IMG/VR virus record: IMGVR_UViG_3300028867_000005
Span: 24,279-88,278 of that record
Length of the DNA: 64,000 bases
Source: a virus
Reading direction: 5' to 3' (one strand)
Numbering within the stretch: position 1 is the first letter of the stretch; every line of letters starts with the position of its first letter. The notes under the pieces are model-generated. The model was not told where the DNA came from. It ran no database searches and worked only from the letters and a program-made list of their open reading frames with translations. Shown here piece by piece: positions 29,192-38,982 of this stretch. A program made the translations under genes and the position numbers.

Positions 29192-30022
29192 GGTTATATC
29201 AATCTGCATAGCGGCTGAGAATTCAGCTTCTGCCATCGGCCGTAAACTGTCTGTGAGCTTCTTGGCCAGGTGCAGTCCAGGCCGGGCCTTCACAATCCAT
29301 CCCTTTGAGCCTTCCATCATAATCCTGAACGTCAGGTAACTGCTGCTGGGCACCTTGCCGCCGGCTGTCGTGTCGAAGCGCACCATGCCCGCATATAGCC
29401 GCTTCGTAGCCTTTGACATGCGCTTGTCGGTCAGATGCAGGCGATCCCCCCAGTTGTAGACCTTTGATGCCACCATGAGCGTTTTTTTGGTGCCCGTATC
29501 GCTCATGAAGCGGGGCTGGCGCCGGGCAGGAGTCATGCCTGTGGTCGGTGACAGGTTCACGACCTGGCCGGCCGGGCGAAACGTATCACGTACCACTGTG
29601 GACGCATCCAGTCCCTTGGCAGCCGAATATACCGCAGAGGGCATGCTGTCGACGTTATGCCTCATTGGGATAACCAGGAACCGGCGCCCGTCTTTTGTCC
29701 TGCGGACCTTGGTGCTGGTGTTCAGCATCTTTTTCAAATCGTATGGCGGTCGGCCATTATCAATCTCGTAGGCATGCCTGTAGTCGCTCCAGATTTCGGC
29801 GCTGTAGTCGCCTGTCATCTTCCATTGCAGCGACTGCAGGTAGGCCGCTTTCTCTCCCTGCCATAGTGGGGCCTGCTGGACCAACTTGCTCCAGCCGGCA
29901 TGCCCATATCTGGCTACATCAGCTACCGACTCGGAAAGATTGGCAAAAATAATCTTGCCGCTCGATGCCGGAAGCTCGAGCAGTTTTCCCATGTCAACGG
30001 TGATCTGGAAGTCAGTGGTCAT
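29138..30022 (-). CDS. probable neck / tail-completion protein, inverted relative to the late cluster
   Basis: EIDNGRPPYDLK...RFLVIPMRH...YLTFR...KGWI; has its own late-promoter motif. Confidence 0.7.
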   Translation of the reverse strand: MTTDFQITVDMGKLLELPASSGKIIFANLSESVADVARYGHAGWSKLVQQAPLWQGEKAAYLQSLQWKMTGDYSAEIWSDYRHAYEIDNGRPPYDLKKMLNTSTKVRRTKDGRRFLVIPMRHNVDSMPSAVYSAAKGLDASTVVRDTFRPAGQVVNLSPTTGMTPARRQPRFMSDTGTKKTLMVASKVYNWGDRLHLTDKRMSKATKRLYAGMVRFDTTAGGKVPSSSYLTFRIMMEGSKGWIVKARPGLHLAKKLTDSLRPMAEAEFSAAMQIDITSAAEQVKTPEYTLYRQT

Positions 30023-30028
30023 GCCCTG

Positions 30029-30065
30029 ATGATAATGTCCCGGCCCCCTTTCGGGACACTAAGAT
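30029..30065. promoter_or_regulatory. back-to-back late promoters (minus: CCGGGAC-AT-TATCAT; plus: TCGGGAC-AC-TAAGAT)
   Basis: Two motif copies in a 50-bp divergent gap, 6 and 7 nt from the ATGs at 30022 and 30073. Confidence 0.7.
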
Positions 30066-30072
30066 TGCCAAC

Positions 30073-30906
30073 ATGATAACGATGATTTTCGCGCTGGCCG
30101 TCGGTAATGCCCTGCGCATCATGATGATGGTTCCTGCTGGCTCGCTCCGCTGGGTGGTTTTGCGTAGCACAACATCTGCATTTAGCGGCTGGAATGACCC
30201 ATCAGCAGTGACCGTGTATGACGGGGATGACTCATCGACGGTCTTGGATGTGACAGGCCTTGTAAATGGGACCGTCTATTACTACGGCATGTTTTATACC
30301 CTGGATGGTACCAGTTGGACGGCAAGCGCAATTGTGGCAGCCACACCAAACGCCATCTATACCGAGGCCTCATCGGATGTCCAGGAAGTCGTCAGGGAGC
30401 GGCTTCTGATCGGGCTTGCCAATGAACTGCTGGCAGGCCGCGTCAAGAAAAAAGACGGTGAAATACAGGTGCTGAATGCGCCGCCGGTCTATGAAAATAC
30501 CACTTTCCCTGTGGTTTCAGTGCACATGGACAGTGAAAGCCCCGTCAATCGCGCGATTGGTGAAGCCATTGGCGGTGAGTATGTGGATGCCGCAGGTAAT
30601 GTTTTCGATGGTGAAGGCTGGTGGGTACGGGTCACACTGACCATTACCGCGTGGCTGTTGAATGGCGATGACCGCATTGATTTCCGTAAAGCCCTGCGGC
30701 GCTTGATCATCGCAAACCTGCCCGTATTCGATGATGCCGGCATGGTGGAAATTGAATTTTCGGCGCAAGACACAGAAGATTTTGAGTCTTTCGATTCGCC
30801 AATTTACATGAACAACTGCACGCTGACCTGCCTGGCTCCAGTCAACATCGTGCATGAAGTGCCCGCCATTACCGCGGTAAACGTAAACGTAATTTTTGAG
30901 GACTGA
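30073..30906 (+). CDS. tail terminator-like protein with N-terminal Fn3-like domain
   Basis: DVTGLVNGTVYYY Fn3 pattern; FPVVSV...; upstream of sheath. Confidence 0.55.
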   Translation: MITMIFALAVGNALRIMMMVPAGSLRWVVLRSTTSAFSGWNDPSAVTVYDGDDSSTVLDVTGLVNGTVYYYGMFYTLDGTSWTASAIVAATPNAIYTEASSDVQEVVRERLLIGLANELLAGRVKKKDGEIQVLNAPPVYENTTFPVVSVHMDSESPVNRAIGEAIGGEYVDAAGNVFDGEGWWVRVTLTITAWLLNGDDRIDFRKALRRLIIANLPVFDDAGMVEIEFSAQDTEDFESFDSPIYMNNCTLTCLAPVNIVHEVPAITAVNVNVIFED

Positions 30907-30910
30907 GATC

Positions 30911-31303
30911 ATGCCTGAAGATACGAACAGCACCGGCGCCTCCGGCGCAGCTCCTGCACCGGCTCCTGCTGCCCAGGCTGCCCCGGCCCCTTCGGCGGCA
31001 CCGGTAGCCACTGCTCCGGCAGCAAGCCCGGCTCAGGCGCCAGTGGCGCCAGCGGCACAGGTAGCGGTCGCGCCAGCGGTCAGCGTTGCCCCGCCTGCCA
31101 TCACCTCGCCTACGCCTGTGGTTGATGCGCCTTCCCGCTTCCCGCTGTCGCTGGATCACTTCTGCACCAATCTGTCGAAGCGTGATCGCCGGGTGGAGCT
31201 GATCAGTGCCTTTCACTCGGAAGAAAAGCTGGCCGGCAAGGTCATGGATACCGATGCGGCTTTTCTTGAGCGCTTTGCAGCGTTCACGACCCGCAAGGTG
31301 TAA
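30911..31303 (+). CDS. hypothetical protein, Ala/Pro-rich N-terminus
   Basis: Small gene directly before the sheath. Confidence 0.65.
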   Translation: MPEDTNSTGASGAAPAPAPAAQAAPAPSAAPVATAPAASPAQAPVAPAAQVAVAPAVSVAPPAITSPTPVVDAPSRFPLSLDHFCTNLSKRDRRVELISAFHSEEKLAGKVMDTDAAFLERFAAFTTRKV

Positions 31304-31339
31304 TGCGGCGCCCATATTGATTTTCAGGAGAATGCAGAC

Positions 31340-33049
31340 ATGCCAACCGGCGTATTTTTTAACGGTCGCCAGCTGACCACCCCGACCACGGCGAGTGCGG
31401 TAAATGACTCGGCCATGGCCAACAAGAATTTGACCGTTGGCAATGTGGTCTGCCTCATCGGGCACTGCACCAGTGGTCAGCCGAAGGTCGCACTGAATTT
31501 TGGCGACCCCTCCACGGTAGCAGCCATTCTCGGCACCGGCGAGCTGGCGCAGGCTGTTATCAAGGCTTTCAACCCTTCCGATGAGTTGGAATCTCCGTCC
31601 TCGGTGATCGCTGTCCGTGTCGACCCCGCCACGCAGGCAACGCTCAATCTTGGCCCGATCATTGTCAACTCGATTGATTATGGTCTGCGCGCCAATCAGG
31701 TGAAAATCAAGGTTGAGGCAGGCACGGACCTCGGTTTCCGCGTCACGACCCAGCTTGGCAATTCGTATACCGTTGGCGACGACATCAACTCCAAGGCGTT
31801 CAATATCCAGTTCGTCAATGGTGGCGACAGCGCCACCATGACGGTGAATGGAACCCATGTGATTTTGGCGACCAATGATGGATATACCACCACTACCACC
31901 ACCATCGACCTGACCATTTATTCCACTGTGCAGGAGTTGGCGGATTATATTGGCACCATCACGGGTTGGACTTGCTCTGCCGTGGCAGGCGCTGAAAACA
32001 ATCCAACCCTGGGCAGCCTGGACCCGGTTACTAGCGAAAATGTCCTGGTGGCCTACACGGCGACCGCCAATGTCTGGGCCGTCCTCCAGTGGCTCAACTC
32101 GAGCGCCAGCCCGTTCGTTACCGGCGCCGTTGGCACTTATGGAACCCTCAGCTACAGCCCCTTCACTTACCTGACCGGTGGTACGCTGCCTTCGACTGAT
32201 AACGGCGACTGGAGCGATTGCTTTGCCATGCTCCAGACCAAGGATGTGCAGTGGATTACCCCTCTGTCTTCGTCCCCCAGCATCTGGGCAATGACCGATG
32301 CGCATGTGCAGTACATGTCCTCTGTCGGGAAGCGTGAGCGCCGCGCGATTGTCGGTGACGCCATCGGTACCACGGATGCGGCGGCGGCTGCCGTTCCGGT
32401 CACCATTGGCAGCGACCGTACTTCGTATTGCCACCTGGGCTACTACGATTATGACTCCACCGGCAAGCTGGTCCTGCTGCCGCCCTATATGGCTGCTGCT
32501 GTTTACTCTGCTGCCTTTGCTGCTGCCGCCCCCGGCGTGGCGCTTACCAATGTCAGCATGACCTTCCGTGGCGTTGAGCGCGATCTGGTCGACCCGCTGG
32601 ATACCGACCCGCTGATCAAAGCGGGCGTCTTCTGTATCCTGAACACTGATACCGGTTTCCGTGTGGCGCAGTCGATCAGTACCTGGCTGACCAACAACAA
32701 CTACAACCGCGTGGAGCAGTCCACCGGTGCTGCGGTTGACTTCGTGCAGCGCAACGTGCGCAACGCAGTGGAGCCCTATCGCGGCAAGGGCGGCTCCCCC
32801 GCCATCCTGGGCGCCATTGAAGCGGCTACTGAATCCGTCCTTCGCGCCTGCGCGGTGGCGGCCCCGAACGGCCCCGGCGTACTGGTTGGCGATGCTACCA
32901 ATCCTGCCTACAAGAACATCACTGTCGGTGTTGATGGTGATGTTTTCTCGATTCAGTACCAGGCCAGCCCGGTAATTCCGGGTAATTTCATCCTCTGCAC
33001 GATGAATGCGGTGCCCTATGCTGGCAGCGTATCCCAGGCTGCGGGTTAA
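31340..33049 (+). CDS. contractile tail sheath protein
   Basis: 569 aa; LTGGT..DW, HVQYMS..KRERRAIVG, LIKAGV, QSISTW motifs. Confidence 0.85.
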   Translation: MPTGVFFNGRQLTTPTTASAVNDSAMANKNLTVGNVVCLIGHCTSGQPKVALNFGDPSTVAAILGTGELAQAVIKAFNPSDELESPSSVIAVRVDPATQATLNLGPIIVNSIDYGLRANQVKIKVEAGTDLGFRVTTQLGNSYTVGDDINSKAFNIQFVNGGDSATMTVNGTHVILATNDGYTTTTTTIDLTIYSTVQELADYIGTITGWTCSAVAGAENNPTLGSLDPVTSENVLVAYTATANVWAVLQWLNSSASPFVTGAVGTYGTLSYSPFTYLTGGTLPSTDNGDWSDCFAMLQTKDVQWITPLSSSPSIWAMTDAHVQYMSSVGKRERRAIVGDAIGTTDAAAAAVPVTIGSDRTSYCHLGYYDYDSTGKLVLLPPYMAAAVYSAAFAAAAPGVALTNVSMTFRGVERDLVDPLDTDPLIKAGVFCILNTDTGFRVAQSISTWLTNNNYNRVEQSTGAAVDFVQRNVRNAVEPYRGKGGSPAILGAIEAATESVLRACAVAAPNGPGVLVGDATNPAYKNITVGVDGDVFSIQYQASPVIPGNFILCTMNAVPYAGSVSQAAG

Positions 33050-33065
33050 TCAGGAGTAATAGGAC

Positions 33066-33494
33066 ATGCCAGTAGCAACCAATGTGAAAACTCAGACCGG
33101 TAACCGCATTATCGTGCAGCTGAACGGTATTGCGGTTGGCCTGGCCCGCGGCGTCGATATGAACGATGACTACGGACTGGAGCCGGCAACCGGTATTGGT
33201 GATATCCATGTGCAGGAGCATGTGCCGACGGTCGCGCGGCATAGCGTTGCGGTCAGCACAATGGTTCTGATCACAGGCAATTTGCGCCAGTTGGGTATTG
33301 CTGTTGAAAACGGCGACGGGGCGCTCAAAGGGCTCATTTTTGATATCGTGACGCTCTCGAAAGACACCGGCGCAGTACTGCGCAAATACATCGGCTGTTC
33401 GTATGGCAGCGGCTCCGTGAACGTGCAGGCCAATGCTATCGTGGTCAGCAACAGCAACTTCATGGCTCTGGATGTGCAGGGTACTGGCCTGTAA
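33066..33494 (+). CDS. tail tube protein
   Basis: 142 aa after sheath; TGNRI...DDYGLEPATGIGDIHVQEHVP. Confidence 0.8.
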   Translation: MPVATNVKTQTGNRIIVQLNGIAVGLARGVDMNDDYGLEPATGIGDIHVQEHVPTVARHSVAVSTMVLITGNLRQLGIAVENGDGALKGLIFDIVTLSKDTGAVLRKYIGCSYGSGSVNVQANAIVVSNSNFMALDVQGTGL

Positions 33495-33497
33495 TAG

Positions 33498-33538
33498 ATG
33501 GCGCAGACGGTTATATTTTGCCGCTGCGCCATTTTTTT
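33498..33538 (+). terminator. rho-independent terminator
   Basis: ATGGCGCAG...CTGCGCCAT followed by T-tract. Confidence 0.75.
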
Positions 33539-33579
33539 AATTATCTGCTGTTGAAAACGATTAAAACTGGTGAAAAACC

Positions 33580-34026
33580 ATGAACATGACTTACAGCAAG
33601 ACAGGTGAGGCGCTGACTGAGGGTTTTGAAGGCTGCCGCCTGACGGCCTACCAGGATGTTGCCGGTGTCTGGACTATTGGCTATGGCACCACCGGCCCCG
33701 ATGTTGTTGAGGGGTTGGTGATTACCCAGGATGAGGCTGTCGTTCGCCTCGAGAAGGGGATCGCCTGGGCGGAAAGCGCCGTCAATCGCCTCGTCACTGT
33801 CGCTCTGACGCAGCCTGAATTTGATGCACTGGTTGATTTTGTCTACAACCTGGGCGTTGGCGCATTCGAGGGATCTACCCTGCTCAGCCTGCTCAACTCC
33901 GGCGATTTCCACGGCGCTGCAGATCAGTTCGAGCGCTGGGACCATGCCGGGGGTGTGGTCGTGGCCGGTCTGCTCCGCCGTCGTGTAGCCGAAGAGACTG
34001 AATTCAATCAGGGCATTACGCCCTAA
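33580..34026 (+). CDS. lysozyme / endolysin (GH24)
   Basis: FEGCRLTAYQDVAGVWTIGYG (E-x8-D-x5-T triad), FDALVDFVYNLG, GLLRRRVAE. Confidence 0.92.
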   Translation: MNMTYSKTGEALTEGFEGCRLTAYQDVAGVWTIGYGTTGPDVVEGLVITQDEAVVRLEKGIAWAESAVNRLVTVALTQPEFDALVDFVYNLGVGAFEGSTLLSLLNSGDFHGAADQFERWDHAGGVVVAGLLRRRVAEETEFNQGITP

Positions 34027-34069
34027 TCCGGTGGCGCACGGACGCGCCGCCCATAACAGGAGAGATAGC

Positions 34070-34432
34070 ATGAAAATTTCACGCAGAGTCGCAGCAACAG
34101 ATTTTGATGTTGCGGTAGATGGCATAGGCACATTCCGTTTTGGTCGCCGGACCTTCCGTGACCGCTTCTCGATTGCAGCCAAGTATTCTGAATTCACCGA
34201 GGGCGTCCAGACGCCGACTCCCTGGCTTGATTTCATGGCGTCGGCAGTCGCTGCAATTACCGTTTTGGCTGTCGCTGTTCCGCCCGATTTCGACATCAAC
34301 ATGGTTGATGCGTATGACGGTGAGTCCGACAAGGATATCCTCCGCATTTATACGGCGCTCGTCGCCAAGGAGGATGATTTTCGCAAAAACCCAGGAAAAG
34401 GAAGCGCGGAAACTGGGGAGAGCGTGGTCTGA
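34070..34432 (+). CDS. tail assembly chaperone (G)
   Basis: AGGAG RBS, position between tube and tape measure. Confidence 0.7.
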   Translation: MKISRRVAATDFDVAVDGIGTFRFGRRTFRDRFSIAAKYSEFTEGVQTPTPWLDFMASAVAAITVLAVAVPPDFDINMVDAYDGESDKDILRIYTALVAKEDDFRKNPGKGSAETGESVV

Positions 34433-34679
34433 AACCATCGCCTTTTGGTTCCGGCGACAATACAATCTAGCCCCAAACGATGATCGCTTCCTGAACATCA
34501 CCCCGTATGAAATGGAAGCCGATTACTGGGCGCATCAATATGCGGACAAAAAGGTAACCGAAACCTTCGAGGATGATGACTTTGACGAGGCTCAAATCCT
34601 GGAAGACATCAATAATGGTGATTTGGACCTTTCCCAGTTTGACGACGTAATCCCTGATCAGGCTGGAGGTGCGCAATGA
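34380..34679 (+). CDS. tail assembly chaperone extension (T), probably reached by +1 frameshift
   Basis: +1 frame open across TTT_CGC at 34379; FWFRRQYNLAPNDDRFL; ends overlapping tape measure ATG. Confidence 0.65.
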   Translation, partial: FAKTQEKEARKLGRAWSETIAFWFRRQYNLAPNDDRFLNITPYEMEADYWAHQYADKKVTETFEDDDFDEAQILEDINNGDLDLSQFDDVIPDQAGGAQ

Positions 34680-37351
34680 CAGATGTACGGGTAGGCGTGA
34701 CCGCCAACACCTCCGGCGCTGAAGCGGCCCTGACCGGCATGGGGAAGGCTTCCGATAAGGTAGCTGTTTCTGTTGAAAAAATCGGTGTAGCCTCCGACAA
34801 AACGGCGCAGGGCATAAAGAAAGTCACGATGAGCATGAAGGAATTGTTCAATGTGCAGAAAATGCTATCGACTGCCTTTGGCAAGCCCGTCTCCCGTACC
34901 AATGCTCTGCGCTTCGTCAATGGCTTCTCCGATATGCAGTCTGGCAGCGCCGGGCGCGGCATCATTGGGCTGTTCCCCTCTGCGGCGGAATGGGCAAATC
35001 AAAATGATTTGATGCACGGCTCTAAAAGTGCCGCTGACGCCTATTTCCGCCGTACCGTCAACCAGGCTGCCGCCCGCGGCGGAATGGGCATGCGCATTTC
35101 CCCTATCATGCCTGCCGCTCCAGCAGGTGGTCCTGCAGAACCCACCCCTGAGCCTGGCCCGGAACCCGAAGAAAAACAGCCTTACGACTATGGTGGCAAA
35201 GCCAAGAGCATGGCGCTGGACATGTCCAAGGCTATGCTGGCGCTCGCTGGCATCCAGGGCATCATGGCGCTGGCTGGCCAGGCCATCAACCTCGGCACCA
35301 CGGAGGCCATGCAGACGGATACCCTGAAGCGCATGATGGGCGATACCGGCGTCGACTACACCTCGCTCCGTGATAGCTTCCGCAACAACCGTGACGGCCT
35401 CGGCCTCACCTCTGGTGATCTGGGGCGCCTCGGCCTCAACTATGCGCGCACGGCCGGCATAGACGGGTCTTCAGACATTGCCGGCGAGACGCGCACAGCT
35501 GCCGGCTTTGGCCGGTCCTACGGCATTGAGCCTGACGCCACTGTCGGGTTTTTCGGCAACATGCGCAAAGAGGGCATTACCTCAAACGACAGCAGCAACC
35601 GGCGCCTGGCGCTGATGATTGCTGAGGCCATGGACAAGGGCAAGGTCGGGAGCCGCACCGAGGAATTCCTGAGCGTGGTCAGCGGCTTCGTCCAGCGGGC
35701 CGCGCAGAGTTCGTTCCAGCAGGGCAATGTCGAGCAGTTCATGTCCTACCTGAGCACGCTGACGGGCATGGGCATCAAGGGTGTCGATATCGAGGGCGCA
35801 GCGGGCCTGATCAATCAGGCTGATAGCAGCTATCGGCAGGGCGGGGGCAAGGGGGAGGCAAGCCTTAATGCAATCATGGCCTCTCTCCACCAGGCGCATC
35901 CTGGCCTCGATCCATTCCAGTTAAAATTCCTGATGGAGGGCGGCCTCGGTGGCACCATGCAGGGGGCATTTGGTAAGACTACCCTTGGTGCTGACTGGAT
36001 TGGCAAAGGAAAACTGCCTCCTGGGATGGACAGCAATGAAACTAATGCTCAGGCTTTGTCGAATATGCTGCGGTCGAAAGGCATGCCTGAATGGCAAATT
36101 GCTGACTCGCTGGCAGGCATGTTTTTTGGAGGGAATGAGCATAAAGGCATGGCTCTTGATCTGTTAATGAAGGGTGCTGGTAATAAGTTTGGAGGCATGG
36201 CCGACTCACTAACAGCATCTGGCATTGATATCAACAATATGAGCGTCACCGGCTTCCAGACGATGGGCAAAGTCATGGGGGCTGATGCCGGTGGCCTAGA
36301 GCAGTTAAGGCAAGATTTTCTTCACCGCCAGGATATGCAGGGAGAGACTGGAAAACTTAATGACTTGGCAGGGAAAAGTCCTGATGAAATGAGGCGGGTT
36401 CTGTTGTCCTTAGCGGCTGCTCATGGACAAGAATCGGACCCCGGAAAAGACTTGCTCAACGCAACAAAGGACATGGAGCAGTCGCTCACTGATCTTGGCA
36501 GTAAAAGTCTTGTCGTAATGACGGATTTAAAGGAAATCGTATCTCGTATTGCAACAGTGCTTGGCGCTGATAGTACTTACAAAGATTCTGGAGCTTTGCC
36601 GCAATCCAAAATACTGAATGATGCTCTTGGTACAGGAAAGCTGGGTCTTAGTGGTTGGGATACCAACCCAGAAAACCCTGACTATGCTGCTAATATTGCC
36701 GGCCTTGCTGATCTGAATGCGCGCCATGCAAAACTGCGAGGAACAGGCCGTAAGCTTCAGTTTAGCGCCAGTGAAGAAGCCGCTATTTCCGCAGCTGCTG
36801 GTGGCGATCCAGCCATTATAGATATGATGAAAGCAAATCTTGGCGTCGAAGGCTGGGGTCATGGAAATCTAGATTATTCTGACACAAAAAATGGTGCATA
36901 TAGCCCGGCGCAGATCCGGGAGAGTGCTATTCGTCAATATGGCGGAATGTATGGAATTACTGACCCTAAACAACTTTTAGGCAAGGGCGGCTTTAATGCT
37001 GCCATGCAAATTATGGCAGAAATTGAGCGGCACAATCTTAAAGCCTTTGGTGGTGACAAGTTATCTGGAATGCTTGCCTATAATATGGGTGTCACTGGGC
37101 TTAGGGATTATCAAACTGGAGGGTCAGCCGGCACTGACGCCATGAAAGAGCATGGTATTGACTACATGCTTAAATTGGCTGCAACAGAGCGCAATAATGG
37201 TAATGCTGGGACAAAAATAAATATAGTCATCCAGAATACCGACGGCTCCAAGAAAAAGAGCGTATTTTCCTCGCCTCCCAAAGCCGCAGGTGTACCAGGG
37301 TCTGCGCAGATTGGCAGTAAGGATCATGACACTTTCTGGGTGGGAAACTAA
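34676..37351 (+). CDS. tape measure protein with C-terminal lytic transglycosylase-like domain
   Basis: 891 aa Ala/Gly-rich helical; GMLAYNMG resembles the SLT AYNxG motif. Confidence 0.8.
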   Translation: MTDVRVGVTANTSGAEAALTGMGKASDKVAVSVEKIGVASDKTAQGIKKVTMSMKELFNVQKMLSTAFGKPVSRTNALRFVNGFSDMQSGSAGRGIIGLFPSAAEWANQNDLMHGSKSAADAYFRRTVNQAAARGGMGMRISPIMPAAPAGGPAEPTPEPGPEPEEKQPYDYGGKAKSMALDMSKAMLALAGIQGIMALAGQAINLGTTEAMQTDTLKRMMGDTGVDYTSLRDSFRNNRDGLGLTSGDLGRLGLNYARTAGIDGSSDIAGETRTAAGFGRSYGIEPDATVGFFGNMRKEGITSNDSSNRRLALMIAEAMDKGKVGSRTEEFLSVVSGFVQRAAQSSFQQGNVEQFMSYLSTLTGMGIKGVDIEGAAGLINQADSSYRQGGGKGEASLNAIMASLHQAHPGLDPFQLKFLMEGGLGGTMQGAFGKTTLGADWIGKGKLPPGMDSNETNAQALSNMLRSKGMPEWQIADSLAGMFFGGNEHKGMALDLLMKGAGNKFGGMADSLTASGIDINNMSVTGFQTMGKVMGADAGGLEQLRQDFLHRQDMQGETGKLNDLAGKSPDEMRRVLLSLAAAHGQESDPGKDLLNATKDMEQSLTDLGSKSLVVMTDLKEIVSRIATVLGADSTYKDSGALPQSKILNDALGTGKLGLSGWDTNPENPDYAANIAGLADLNARHAKLRGTGRKLQFSASEEAAISAAAGGDPAIIDMMKANLGVEGWGHGNLDYSDTKNGAYSPAQIRESAIRQYGGMYGITDPKQLLGKGGFNAAMQIMAEIERHNLKAFGGDKLSGMLAYNMGVTGLRDYQTGGSAGTDAMKEHGIDYMLKLAATERNNGNAGTKINIVIQNTDGSKKKSVFSSPPKAAGVPGSAQIGSKDHDTFWVGN

Positions 37352-38982
37352 TGAACGTTGATCGTCCTGCTCTGTCAGTAAGGCTCTACAAAAATGTGGT
37401 GCGCACGACTATAGGCGGCAACCTGGCCGCTTCTGACCGGGCACGCGCTGGTGCCTTCAATGTAGACCTGACTCCCTACATTACCGAAAACGGCCATGTG
37501 AAAACCAATAAAAGCCGGCAGAGCATCAGCGGTACGTTTGATATCATGCTGGCCGATATTATGCGGCCCGACACCATGGATTCGATTTATGCCAGCATCG
37601 AGCCCATGGACCTGATTGAAATAAGGTTTTGTCGTAATCAGTCAGACCCAGCCTATAAATCCATTCCCGGCAATATCCCTGTCGTCATGCGCGGCTTTGT
37701 GAGCAAGATTACCCGCTCGCGCGCCATGTCAGCCGATGGGAAACCGTTTATGGGCGTGAGCATTAGCGGGCATGACTACGGGAAATTGTTTGAAATATTC
37801 CGCATTTTCTATGCCAACAATTACATCATTGGTGACAATATAACCAGTGCGTTCCCTCTTTTTGAGAAGTTCGGGGCCTTCTTTAAAGTTGCTGTGTCAG
37901 CCGCTGAATTTGTCGATACGGTCAGGGATAAAATAATCAACAACCTCATCGACAAGATGCGGCAGGAGTCGCTAGTTATTGCGTCTGCAACCTCCACGTC
38001 TTCATTCATATCAGGGCTGAATACTACTGTGAATGGGCTGACGGCTGGCCAGCAAATCGCACTCCTGGGGGCTTCTCCGATACCGCCCTCCCCGATCATG
38101 CATATTCAGCCGTACACCCCATATTCTCCTGATCTTGTGAGCGCCAGCCAGAATCCTCTTAATCGGCCCAATGTAAGCTGCTTGGGCTTTCAGGGGTTCA
38201 ATAATGGCTCCCTCTTCGACTTCATGTCGATCTATGGTGACGTGGGCGCCTTCAATGAGCTGTTTGTGCAGGACGAGGAAGCAGGCGTATTTCTGATGTA
38301 CCGGCCGCTGCCTTACCGGGATGTGTACGGGAATTTTATCAATGCGCTGCATACCACGCAGGTTCCGCAGCAGGTAAAAATAACGGCTGCCGACATTACC
38401 GATATCACGCTCAGCCGGTCTGACGCCAGTGTCGCTAATTTTTACTGGGTGGATAACCCTGACTGGTACCCTGGCGATGCCAGCCTTCTCAAGATGCAGT
38501 CCGCTGTCGGTGGGCAGAATGACTACACCTTGGACGGCTATAAAAACGCCACAAACCTGCTCTACGGCGTACGCAAGATGGAGGTACAAACGCACCAGCA
38601 GGGCAGTGCCACCAGCCGCGGCGGCCAGATGCAGGATGAAAGCGGGAGGCAGCAAGACCTGAGTTTCTTTTCAGGATGGCTTGGTGATAAGCTGGCCCAG
38701 TTGATCGCTCAGAACAAAGACAACGTGGTCTTTGAAGAGGGCTCGCTGTCCCTGAAGGGCAATGAGAAGATAAAAATCGGCAATGAGCTCCTGGTGACAG
38801 AGGGGGCCATGAACTGGCAGGGTTACGTCGAGTCAGTTTCTCACGAATACATGCCGTTTCGGAGCTTCACTACTCACGTCTCTCTCGAGCGCGCCACCTC
38901 ATTCATTGCCAGGTTGCAGGTGAAGGCCGGCGGCAAATCCCCGTACCTCTCTGAGCTGGGCGGAGCTTCGGCATATGACTAA
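37351..38982 (+). CDS. baseplate hub protein
   Basis: IEPMDLIEIRF, ISGHDYGK, YVESVSHEY; follows tape measure. Confidence 0.7.
   Translation: MNVDRPALSVRLYKNVVRTTIGGNLAASDRARAGAFNVDLTPYITENGHVKTNKSRQSISGTFDIMLADIMRPDTMDSIYASIEPMDLIEIRFCRNQSDPAYKSIPGNIPVVMRGFVSKITRSRAMSADGKPFMGVSISGHDYGKLFEIFRIFYANNYIIGDNITSAFPLFEKFGAFFKVAVSAAEFVDTVRDKIINNLIDKMRQESLVIASATSTSSFISGLNTTVNGLTAGQQIALLGASPIPPSPIMHIQPYTPYSPDLVSASQNPLNRPNVSCLGFQGFNNGSLFDFMSIYGDVGAFNELFVQDEEAGVFLMYRPLPYRDVYGNFINALHTTQVPQQVKITAADITDITLSRSDASVANFYWVDNPDWYPGDASLLKMQSAVGGQNDYTLDGYKNATNLLYGVRKMEVQTHQQGSATSRGGQMQDESGRQQDLSFFSGWLGDKLAQLIAQNKDNVVFEEGSLSLKGNEKIKIGNELLVTEGAMNWQGYVESVSHEYMPFRSFTTHVSLERATSFIARLQVKAGGKSPYLSELGGASAYD

Noticed and set aside
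30869-32434. 521-aa minus-strand ORF
   Set aside because: Antisense to the sheath gene; no RBS or recognisable domain
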